NCBI RefSeq assembly: GCF_009914755.1
Contig: NC_060933.1
Source of the DNA: the human T2T-CHM13v2.0 reference genome, Homo sapiens
DNA length: 64,000 nt
Reading direction: 5' to 3' (one strand)
A program made the position numbers and the translations under genes. The notes beneath the pieces were generated by a model. The model saw nothing but the letters and a program-made list of their open reading frames with translations. It was not told where the DNA came from and ran no database searches. Below are positions 1-11,084 of the stretch, in pieces (within the stretch, counting starts at the first letter, position 1; each line of letters opens with the position of its first letter).

Positions 1-368
1 ACCATGGAATACTATGCAGCCATAAAAAATGATGAGTTCATGTCCTTTGTTGGGACATGGATGAAATTGGAAATCATCATTCTCAGTAAACTATCGCAAG
101 GACAAAAAACCAAACACCGCATGTTCTCACTCATAGGTGGGAACTGAACAAAGAGAACACATGGACACAGGAAGGGGAACATCACACTCTGGGGACTGTT
201 GTGGGGTGGAGGGAGGAGGGAGGGATAGCATTAGGAGATATACCTAATGTTAAATGACGAGTTAATGGGTGCAGCACACCAGCATGGCACATGTATACAT
301 ATGTAACTAACCTGCATAATGTGCACATGTAGACTAAAACTTAAAGTATAATAATAAAAAAAAAAAAA
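1..368 (+). mobile_element. L1PA (young, L1PA2-4-like) 3' end with poly(A) tail, running off the window edge
   Basis: Canonical L1PA 3' UTR (CACCGCATGTTCTCACTCATAGGTGGGAA...GGGATAGCATTAGGAGATATACCTAATG...AAAACTTAAAGTATAATAATAAAA) ending in an A-run at ~356-368. Confidence 0.95.
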
Positions 369-1590
369 TCAATCTCTAAAACTACTCCAATAAAACTTTG
401 GGGAAACACTCCAGGATATTGGAGTTGGCAAAGATTTCTTGAGTAATACACCATAAGCACAGGCAACCAAAGCAAAAATGGAAAAATGAGATTGTATCCA
501 TTTTAAAAACTTCTGTACATCAAAGGAAACAATCAACAAAGTGAAAAGACAGCTCATAGAAATTGAGAAAATACTTGCAAACTACGCATCTGACAAGGGA
601 TTAATAACCAGAATATATAAGGAGTTCAAACAACTCTATAGGAAAAAATCGAATAATCAAATTAAATGAGCAAAAGATTTGAATAGACATTTCTCAAAAG
701 AAAAAATATAAATGGCAAACAGGCATATGAAAATATACTGAACATCATTGGTTATCAGAGCAATGCAAAGCAAACCTACAATGAGCTAACATCCCACCTC
801 AGTTAAAATGGGTTTTATCTAAAAGGCAATAATAAACACTGGTGAGGATGTGAAGAAAAGGAAATCCTCGTACATTATTACTGCAAATGTAAATTAATAC
901 AATCACTATGAAGAACAGTTTGGAGTTCCTCAAAAAAATAAAAATTGAACTACAATATGATCCAGCAATTCCACTGCTAGGTATGTACCCAAAAGAAAAA
1001 AATCAGTATATCAAAGAGATTTCTGCACTCCCATGTTTATTGCAGCAATATTCACAATAGCCAAGATTTGGAAGAAATCTAAGTATCTGTCAACAGACTA
1101 ATGGATAAAATATGGTGCGTATACACAATGGAGCACTATTTAGCCATAAAAAAGACAGTATGTTGAGTGAAATAACTCAGGCACAGAAAGACAAACTTGG
1201 CATGTTGTCATTTATTTTTGGGAGCTAAAAATTAAAACAATTGAATTTATGGAGAAAAAGAGTGGAACGATGTTTACCAGAGGTTAGGAAGGGTAGTGGT
1301 GGTGGGCGGGGAGCGGGGTGGGGGAATAGGTACCAAAATATAGTTAGATAGAATGAACAAGCTCTAGGATTTGACAGCACAACACTGTTACTATGGTCAA
1401 CAATAATTTATTGTACATTTAAAAATAACTAAGAGTATAATTGGACTGTTTGTAACACACACAAAAAATGATAAATGCTTAAGGTGCTGGATACCCCATT
1501 TACCCTGATGTAATTATTATGCATTGTATGCCTGTATCAAAATATCTCATGTACCCCATAAATATATCTACACCTACTATGTACCAACAG
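369..1590 (+). mobile_element. Older L1 (L1MA1-3-like) ORF2 end and 3' UTR, interrupted by the L1PA to its left
   Basis: Degenerate ORF2 3' region (GACAAGGGATTAATAACCAGAATATATAAGGAG, GATCCAGCAATTCCACTGCTAGGTAT) and an L1MA-type terminus TACCCCATAAATATATCTACACCTACTATGTACC. Confidence 0.9.
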
Positions 1591-2461
1591 TTTTTTTAGA
1601 AAAAGAAAATGAGAGGATGCAGGGAGGAACAGCTTTTGAAATAGTACCTAAATACTTCGTATATTCCTAAGGAATCCCAAAGACCACCGTGTCTGAAAGG
1701 AACTGACAAATGTTGTATAATAAGTGCAGAGATCGTGCCCTTGTCAGCCAGCATATGGAGAGCATTACTGATCCTCAGCAAATCATTACTGATCCTCAGC
1801 AAAATGTACTGTGACTGGGCCTAAAACCTGACCAGAATTTTCCATAGATGTGTGATGTTGGAGACAAGTTTGCAGCTCCACTTGGCAAATCACCTTTGAA
1901 AAGTGCAGTAGGTCACAGGTAGTGGGGCATAGGCTGCTCTGCTCTTTCTGAAGCAGAAAATAATTTTAAAAGTGCCAAGTTGTCACTCACAAAGGATGGG
2001 AATAGCAGATTATGGATTAGTGATTAATACAAATATATGTGACCCCTCAGCTAGTTTCCATCTTCAATCCAAGGTGTAAGGTCTGAGGTGTTGGCTGATC
2101 AGCCACAGTCCCTCTAAATGGGTGCTTAATCAGGCCTGGATAGGATGAATCCAGACCTGGGCATCTGGCATCTGGGACCAGCTTTTTCTCTGCCCTCTAG
2201 GATGCTTTAGACAAGCACTTGACACCTTTACGTCTATAGTTTTTTATTTTGTGTTTAAATATATGAAGTGGTGGTAACACTACTTGCCAGCATATTCTAT
2301 TAGAAAACTCTCTATTACTAAGAGCAAACCAAACAGTAAATGCTTCCACTTAGCAATCCTGCATAACAGTTTTCTGAACTCTTGTACTCTGACAAGGTTG
2401 ATAAACACACCAAAGTGAAAGAGGAGTCAGTACACAGCATTTTATCCAATGAAGTCTTGGT

Positions 2462-2785
<324 letters not shown>

Positions 2786-2794
2786 TAAGAATGT

Positions 2795-2949
2795 GCAGTG
2801 GTTAAGAATACAAGTTAACAGTGGTTCAGAGTGTGTCCTAAAGTCAGAATGCCAGAATTTAAATCTCTACTCTGAAACATTGAAACAAATTACTTCCACA
2901 AGCTTTATTTTCTGCACCTGAGAAAAATAATAACTAATAATAGCCTACC
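2795..2949 (+). mobile_element. MIR fragment
   Basis: GTGGTTAAGA...AAATTACTT...AATAATAGCCTACCT resembles the MIR core; cut by the MLT1 that follows. Confidence 0.6.
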
Positions 2950-3408
2950 TGTGGTAGGCTGAATAATGCCACTGCTCCAAGATGTCCACATCCTGATTCC
3001 CAGAACTTGTGAATGTTATCTTACATGTCAAAATGGATCTTGCAGATGGGATTAATTTATGGATCTTCAGATGGAGAGATTATCCTGGATTATCTGGGTG
3101 GGTCAGAAATGTGCTCACAAGTGCCCTTATAAAAGGGAGGCAGAAGGAGATTTTGCTATAGACAGAAAGAATGTAGTAAAGCAGGAATTGGGTTGATGAA
3201 GCCAAAAGCCAAGGAATGCTGGAAAGGTAAGGAGGTGGATTCTGTTCTCCAGTCTCCAGACGGAGCACCGTCCTGCCAACTGTGGAGTTCAGCCCAGTGA
3301 AAGTGGCTTCAGACTTCTGACCTCCAAAACTGTAAGAGAATACATGTATTATTTTCATGCCACCAAGTTTGGGGTAATTAGTTATAGTGGCCATAGGAGA
3401 CTGATGCA
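2950..3408 (+). mobile_element. MLT1D-like MaLR solo LTR
   Basis: Starts TGTGGTAGGCTGAATAATG...AAGATGTCCACATCCTGATTCCCAGAACTTGTGAATGTTA and ends GTGGCCATAGGAGACTGATGCA; TACCT occurs at both ends. Confidence 0.9.
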
Positions 3409-3949
3409 TACCTATCAGGAACTGTTACTCCAGTGAAAACTTGTGACGGCAGACACAGTGGAGAGCCTGACACACAGCCATTAACTCTGTTCTGGGGAAC
3501 TGAAGCTTTGGTTTTAAGGGATTTCTGAAACCAATACAATGACCGCCACTTTTCCCCATGTTCATCCGGGGAATAAATGCCTAGACACCTGGCAGCAAGA
3601 GGTCTTTCCTTCCCCAGAGACCCTCTCTTCTATTATTAAAAGGAAAAATGTTACTGCTCATCACTGAAGTCACATTATTCTTTTTCTTTCTACCTTGTTT
3701 TTCATTACATTTCATCTAACCTGTCTTTCTGAACTTTAAGGAGAACAGAGTCCTATCGCAGGGGATTTAGGTGCTACCTGAAGTTAATATTCTAGCCGCG
3801 TCTCATGCTCCATCCCAAGTCTCATCCCTGAGAACTTCTGAACTTAAATTCTTCCCACATTCCAGGATCACTCACTTTCTCATTTCCCTCTTCTGCTTTT
3901 CGTTCAGAATCTTGTCAATTTAGGCCTTTCCCTACACATGGTTTATAAT

Positions 3950-4195
3950 GAGGTGGTACAGCCAAGTGACAAAAGTTCAGATAGTCTGGTTTTAAATCTG
4001 GGTTTTACCACCTATTAATTGCGTGAAATCGAACAAGGTATTTAACTGGTTTGACTCTCAGTTTCCTAAAAGAAAGTGGAATTATGAATGATACCTACCA
4101 ATAGTGTGGTTATTTGAAAGAATAAATGAGCTTGTATTTGTAAATTGTTTAGAATAGTGCTTGTCATAGGGTAAACAAACGTGTTTGTTAATAAA
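3950..4195 (+). mobile_element. MIR
   Basis: CTCAGTTTCCT...ATACCTACC...AATAAATGAG...TAGAATAGTGCTTGTCATAG follows MIR consensus order. Confidence 0.75.
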
Positions 4196-6069
4196 CGCAA
4201 ATTCCAAGCTTATAACTTACTCAACTTTCTGTCATAAGTTTTGATGTCCATCAAGGTTAGGCTCACAAATATTTTAGCATTTTCAGGGCTTAACATTTTC
4301 AGTGCATATATGAGACATATATTTGGTGAAATCAAAAAAACCTTAAGGGAAACAGAAAAATACTTGGTAGTGATTGCTAATATGGCTAACTTTGATATTT
4401 CACCAATCAGTACTTCTCAATTTCTATACAACAGCTTCAGCTAGTTAGATGGCAAATTATAAACTGACCTAGGTTGTGTTTTGAACCCTTAACTTCAATG
4501 TACTCTCCCCAGAAACCCCAATCTATTTGCCCATAAATTTTCATTTGCATTCCATTCTATGAAACCTACTTCCAAGAAAGTCTCTGATACCAGTCATTAA
4601 CAAAATAGTATGGATTTAAAGAAAAGGTGCTATTTACCTAAGACAGAACATTACTTATCAGAGCTTTTGTTTGGTTTTGTTTTTCTGGTCCCTTTCACAT
4701 CCTGCTGTCTGCCTTAGATAAATCCAGGATCTAGATTGCGGCTCTAACACTTAGCAGCTGTTTGATTCTGGGAGCCTCAGTTTCCCTATCCAGAAGGCAC
4801 ACCTGAAGATGACACTTCTGTCCTGGGACTTCTGGGAGAGTCATTCCTCACTGTATCTCAGGAAAAGAATGAGCTGTTGTTCAGGAGGCCCTCACTGCAT
4901 CACACTGCCCTGGGGTCACAGCAGTGACTGCTTCAGGGAAGGCCTGGGAACGCTCTTTACAGCCAGGAGCAGTTTCTAGATCTCTAAAATGAAAATATCT
5001 AGAGCCAGAAAGACATGTATCCACATCTCTGAAATTCTAAAATTTCCCACAAGCCACTTTCTAGTTCCTGAGAAATAGATTTAGGGTGAATACTCTGCTT
5101 ATTAGTAACTAGGGTTTTAGCTCCACTTCCTATGTACAATTATTTATCTGATGAGATGAATAGGCCTTTGGTAAGCCTTCATCTAAGGCCTAAAGCAGCA
5201 TTTGGAGGAATACGAAATGTGGACTGTCTGCATTATACTTACCTGGAGTGGTGGTTGAATTCCAGATTCCTGTCTCTACCACAGATCTGGGAACTTAGGA
5301 TGATGAATTCAGAATTAGACTTTTTTAAAAAAATAATTTGTGGATAGTGAGCATGTTTGGCCTCACCTAAAAGCAATTTTAGCAGTCCCTTTGGCCCTCT
5401 TTCTTCTGAGATTATGTTCTTACTTTGGTTGTAAAGTTTCCAATGGAGTTGGGGAGGCACAAGATTTCAGAAAAAGAAAGGGTTCCAGTCACATTAACAA
5501 TATTGAGTTTGAAAATTCAAGATACATTTTTATGTGCAAAGAATGCAAGGAGAAAAAAGGAGAGGGCAATTCAAGTGGTAAGAAAAGCAATGAAATCTGT
5601 ATGACAAAATAGTGGTTGAAGTAAAAAGCAAACTAAAATATAGCCCAATTTTAAACAATTGATGGAAAAGACACAAGATGGGGTCTTCTACCTCCAGAGA
5701 AGAAAATATATTCCTATTCCACTCTTTTCCCCAGGACTGAGCAATACTTAGTTAATACAATTTATTAGTTTTCAACCCTTGGGGGCAACCTTTGGATAAA
5801 ACATGGGATACTTTGTTTGCTGCCAGTGCATGAAAAATGGAAATGTTCACAGCACAAACAAAAGCAAAGGTCACTGACAGAGGTGAGTTGTGCAAGGGGA
5901 AAGGAAAGACAGAGGAGCTGTAGGAAAACAGTTCTGTGCATACAGAAAGTCATGAGATTAGAGTGAACATTGATAAAACAAGAAACTGATAATAGTCGAA
6001 AATACTTCCTGAGAACATCTGTGTGTTGGACACTAAAGACTGAAAATACATTGTTCCACTTAAATAACA

Positions 6070-6228
6070 TGAGCAACCCCATATGGTAGATATTAACCTT
6101 TTCCCTGAGTTACAGATAAAGAAACAGAGGCAAAGGAAGGCTCTATAAATTACTCAGGGTTGCAGAGCTGAAGAGCAAAGTTTCCAAACCCAGTGGTCTA
6201 TTTCTAGAACCAATGCTTTTAACCACTT
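6070..6228 (-). mobile_element. MIR fragment
   Basis: TTACAGATAAAGAAACAGAGGC...AAACCCAG...GCTTTTAACCACT is the reverse MIR core. Confidence 0.65.
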
Positions 6229-6690
6229 TCCCTCATCGATAAACTAGTAAAATTTTATGAAGTTATAAAAAAAAAGCAGCAAAAATAATGAAATGAACAT
6301 GACATATTGGAAAGGAAGAGATGAGGAATATGAGTGGGAGAGGGAGTTTATCGTCCTGCCTTATGTTAGGGTGGTAGAAATATTTTCTAAAATGAATATG
6401 TCACGATACAGCAGAATAAGCATAAAGTTTATGGGAGTAACAGCAAAGTAGCTAAAAACTGTCTTTGGAGAGGGGAACTGGAGTAAGAAGGGTTGAATTT
6501 CAGTATTATTCAAATTGATATGCTCATATATTATTTTAATAAACAGAATTATATTTGTTTAGAAATAGTTTCAGCTGTGTAAGTGCATTAAAACAGAAAA
6601 ATCAAATTCATCTTTATATCTCTCACATATTTTTTAAAAGTTTGTCTTATCAGAATCATAATTGAAGGCCTTTTTAAAAAAATGTCACAA

Positions 6691-7104
<414 letters not shown>

Positions 7105-7574
7105 TCATAAATATGAATTTTTAAAATTGTTTCTGGTAATATTGCCAGTCATGGTAGAGATGGTGCAGGACTATTAAAAGCAAATGGATTTTAACCCTGC
7201 TTCTGAGAGGTAGTTCTGACTACAAAGGGCAGGTGATTCTCTGCAGCCAGTGAGCAGGAACTTTGACCCTCTGGAATTGTGCTAAGCAACTGAGAGTAAA
7301 TGAATCAGGCAGCAGGGCACCAGGAGGAGTCCACTAGTGTCTTTGTGATGGTTTTGTTTTTACAGGACTCATTTAATAAATATTTCACTAGGCACAATGC
7401 TGTGCATTTTTTGTCCCAGTTATCATATTTTTATAGGTATTTACTTCATAAAAGTAACATTTTTATGCTCCCTTTAAAATAGGATTCTTCTATTAGAATT
7501 GCCTAGTAAAGGCAATCAGAGGACCACTGCCTAAGGAATTCACTCACGGAGCATACATATATAAGTATATGCTC

Positions 7575-7619
7575 TATCTCTATCTATCATTATCTATCTA
7601 CCTGCCTACCTATCTATTG

Positions 7620-7667
<48 letters not shown>

Positions 7668-7673
7668 CCTATC
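7575..7673. repeat. (TATC)n / GATA tetranucleotide microsatellite
   Basis: About 11 perfect TATC units at ~7622-7666 within a longer imperfect tract; a second degenerate TATC tract lies at ~7915-7985. Confidence 0.95.
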
Positions 7674-7679
7674 TTTAAG

Positions 7680-7911
7680 ATGGCTTAAGGATGGCCACCT
7701 TCTTGGTATGTCCTTGTGTGGCTGTGAGAAGCAGCTCTGGTGTTTCTTGCTCTTCTTATATAGGCACAAATCCCATCATAGGGGTTCCATCCTCATGACT
7801 TCATCAAAACCTAGGCCCCTCCCAGAGGCCCAACCTCCTAATAACATCACATTGAGGTTTAGGGTTTCAAAATACGAATTTTTGAGGGGACACAAAATTT
7901 CAGTCTATAAC
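7680..7911 (-). mobile_element. MLT1A/MLT1A0-like MaLR LTR fragment
   Basis: TCTTCTTATATAGGCACAAATCCCATCATAGGGGTTCCATCCTCATGACTTCATC...GGGGACACAAAATTTCAGTCTATAAC is the reverse of the MLT1A 5' half. Confidence 0.85.
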
Positions 7912-8169
7912 TCTTATCTATATATCTATTATCTATTTATCTCTCTAATCTATCTATCATCTATCTATCCATCTATTCATTTATCGATTCGTATGTATAG
8001 AACAATAACAACAATAGCTTATAAGTCACTTCTTTATTTTATTGCATTTTATCCTTTTAGAAACTTTGTCAGGTAAACAGTCCACAGTAGAAGAACTGAC
8101 TTCATTGAGATTCTTGAAGGTTGAGTCCACTGTTATTATACAACCAATAAATGGTGGTGCAAGGAATTC

Positions 8170-8665
8170 ACCCCACATCTTCTCTGTCCTCTTCCCTTCC
8201 CTCTCTCCCTGCCTTTCTCCCTCCCACATGCTGACTCCATTCCATCCACATTACCTCAATAGCTGCTCCTTTAAGACCCCAGCCATCCTTCCCCTGAGCC
8301 TCTGCAGTGACTATTCCTATTATCTGGGATGTTCTTTGCTCAGATATCTGGCCCATTTGCCTCTGATGTTCACATTTCACTTTCCCAGTGAGGTTTGTCT
8401 TGTCCACAGTTTAAATAAAAACCCCGCTTCTTTCTATCCACAATCACAATCCTCCACGTACTTCTTTATTCTCCATAGCATTTGTTATTGACTAACCTAC
8501 CAGATAATTTGCATGCTCATTGATATTCTTTCTCCCCTTCAACAAGAATGTAGGGTCCACAAAATGAGGAATTTTTCTTTTCTTGCAATTGACGCTACTA
8601 CCTACAATAGTCCACAGCACATCCCAGATGCTCAACAGATACCTTAAACTGATAGAGTGAATGAA
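8170..8665 (+). mobile_element. L2 3' fragment
   Basis: Pyrimidine-rich L2-like body ending AGAATGTAGGGTCCAC...GATGCTCAACAGATAC...GAGTGAATGAA; more L2-like pieces at ~8850-9440. Confidence 0.65.
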
Positions 8666-9445
8666 CCACTTTCCAAATAGAATCTGGATTTTCCATCAGC
8701 ATCTCACACTATGAAAAGTAGAACTTATATTTTTGCTAAAAACTCATGTTCGTTTACTCAAACCAGATGATGAGGATAGGCCTGGGCTTGTTGCTGTCAC
8801 CCATTTCACTTCCCGCTTTTCTGACCTTCGCACCATCCCTGCCGTCAGGTCCTTTAGACCAGGAGCTCATTGCTTCATCTTTGCTTGGCTCACTACAGTG
8901 TCACTAAACTTCCTTGCCTCTGCCCTGGCGTTATTTACTTCTTTTCTCACACAGTCACAGGGAGGTTTCTATAATCTACATATAATCTTGTCATTGTTTT
9001 GCTTGCAATCCTTTCATGATTTTCAGAATAAATGACAGGTGCCCCATTGTGGTGTTTAAGTTTGTGTTCATACAACCCTTGTTGAACCCTGCAGGTGCAC
9101 CTCCCGGCTTTGGTTTCACTCTTTACCCACAGCTGACCACCTCACTGGTGTTCTACTGACCGGTCTTCTCCATCCCTTCCCTAACTTCTGTCCTATTGCT
9201 TTGACCCGGAAGTAGTTCTTTTCCACTTGACTGTCCCCTTCTCCTCCTTGAATGTGCAGTTCATGTTTCATTTCCCCCAGAAGTAGTTAATGTTCTTCTT
9301 ACTTGCTCCCCATTATCTCAGCACCTACCTATCCAGTTAAATGTTTGGTCTGGTCGTCTCTGTCCCCGACTACATTGTAAATTTTCTGTGGCAAGAGACG
9401 TCTTCAACTCTATATCTCCATGGCCTAGCACAGGGTTTAGAGTAG

Positions 9446-10131
9446 AGCTGAGGAGGAATACTTGTACTTTTCTCTTTTCCCCATATTGAGATGGTTCTTC
9501 TGGGTTGTGAAATACCTTAGAAAAGGTTATATTTTCAGCAATTCAGTCTAGTGGAGACCTAGCAGAATGCTAGGGTCAGCCAGATCTTGGCGATTTAGAC
9601 TAGAGCCAAAGCAGTTATTAAAGATAATCTTTTCTGATTATTTTAAGCAGTATGATAAATTCTAAGTAAACATAAATTTTCAATAATTACAGAGTGGGCA
9701 TTAGCTCTTCCTTTCTTTGTTCCTCTACATCCAAGAAACTGGATGCCAATCCCAACCTCACTGAATAAATGTTTAATATGCTAGAAGCTGAGGGAAATGC
9801 TTGTACTTTTCTCTTTTCCCCATCTTGAGATGGTTCTTCTGGGTTGTGAAATACCTTAGAAAAGATTGTATTTTCAGCAATTTAGTCTAGTGGAGACGTA
9901 GCAGAATGCTAGGGTCAGCCAGATCTGGGTATAATTGTAACTCTCGTGATTTGATATCTTGGTAATTTAGACTAGAGCCAGAGCAGTTTTTAAAGAGAAT
10001 CTTTTCTGATCATTTTAAGCAGCATGATAAATTCTAAGTAAACATAAATTTTGAATAATTACAGAGTGGGCATGAGCTCTTCCTTTCTTTGTTCCTCTAC
10101 ATGCAAGAAACTGGATGCCAAGCCCAACCTC
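9446..10131. repeat. Tandem duplication of non-repeat sequence, period 340 bp (copy 1 9446-9759, copy 2 9786-10131)
   Basis: Both copies read AGCTGAGG..CTTGTACTTTTCTCTTTTCCCCAT..GAAACTGGATGCCAA.CCCAACCTC with scattered substitutions; copy 2 has 33 extra bp at 9927-9959. Confidence 0.97.
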
Positions 10132-10574
10132 TGGATGAAGTGGGAATCTGTAAGGATGACGTACCTAAGTCTAAATCAGACAAAAAGACACACACAAAAT
10201 ACATTTATACATTTTTAAAAATGAAAAAAGTACAATTTCCTAACACACATCAGGGAATATATTGCCTCCAATGAGGTAAGAGTGGTTGGAGAGAAGAACA
10301 GACGGAAGAGGCAAGGATGGGCCACCTGGTCTCTCCCTTGTCTGAACCTCATGTCTCACTAGGTTGTCATCCTTGATGCTCAGACTTCACACGGAGGCTT
10401 CAGGACTCAGCCTGTGAAGTCAGAAAAAGTGGCTTCTTCCACATCCTCTTCCCTGGAACACAAAGTTTTGCATAAAGTCTGCCTCAACACATCACCCCTC
10501 ATGTCAATTCTTCCTCCACAGTTGAATCAAAGAGCAAAAACACATGAGCAGAGGCATATTAGTAAGAGCAAGGT

Positions 10575-10580
10575 TTTAAT
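10575..10580 (-). terminator. Candidate poly(A) signal (ATTAAA) for the NPAP1-like unit
   Basis: TTTAAT on + is ATTAAA on -, about 500 bp past the end of NPAP1 coding homology, followed on - by GT/T-rich sequence; no genomic poly(A) tail. Confidence 0.5.
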
Positions 10581-11084
10581 ACACACAATTGGGAAAGATA
10601 AGGACTCATTGAGGAATATAGGCAAGGGGAAAAGTAACACCTGTAAATAGTAGCGGGCATCCTGTCAGTTCAAGTATTAGAGAACTGGTTGGGGGCTTGG
10701 GGCAGCCAGGTTAACAGTCAAGCCAGGGAGAGCACAGCCGACACATGCTGGTTTCCTCTACCTTCCATAGGGGAATATCTCAAATACACTGTGGTTCCAA
10801 CTGGGCTTATCAGCCTCCTCATGTCCTCCAACACACATACAAACACACAGGTTTGGGGCCTCCAGCTTCTAAAGGGAGAGAGCAGCTTAAATTTAACTTA
10901 AAGAGACTGACCCCCTTCCTCAAGGGGCAAAGTTCAAATAAGAGCAGGTCTTATTTGTCTCTTATTTGTCCTGCATTGCACCATCTGTGTGTACCAGGTG
11001 GACCTCATGTGCTCTTGGTGAATGGGGACCATAAGTGTGGCCACTCACAGCATTTGTGGTGCTGAACCCCATCACACCATTTGT

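Noticed and set aside
9446-10131. CRISPR-like or array-type system among the direct repeats
   Set aside because: Only two long copies, no repeat-spacer periodicity, and a mammalian genomic context.
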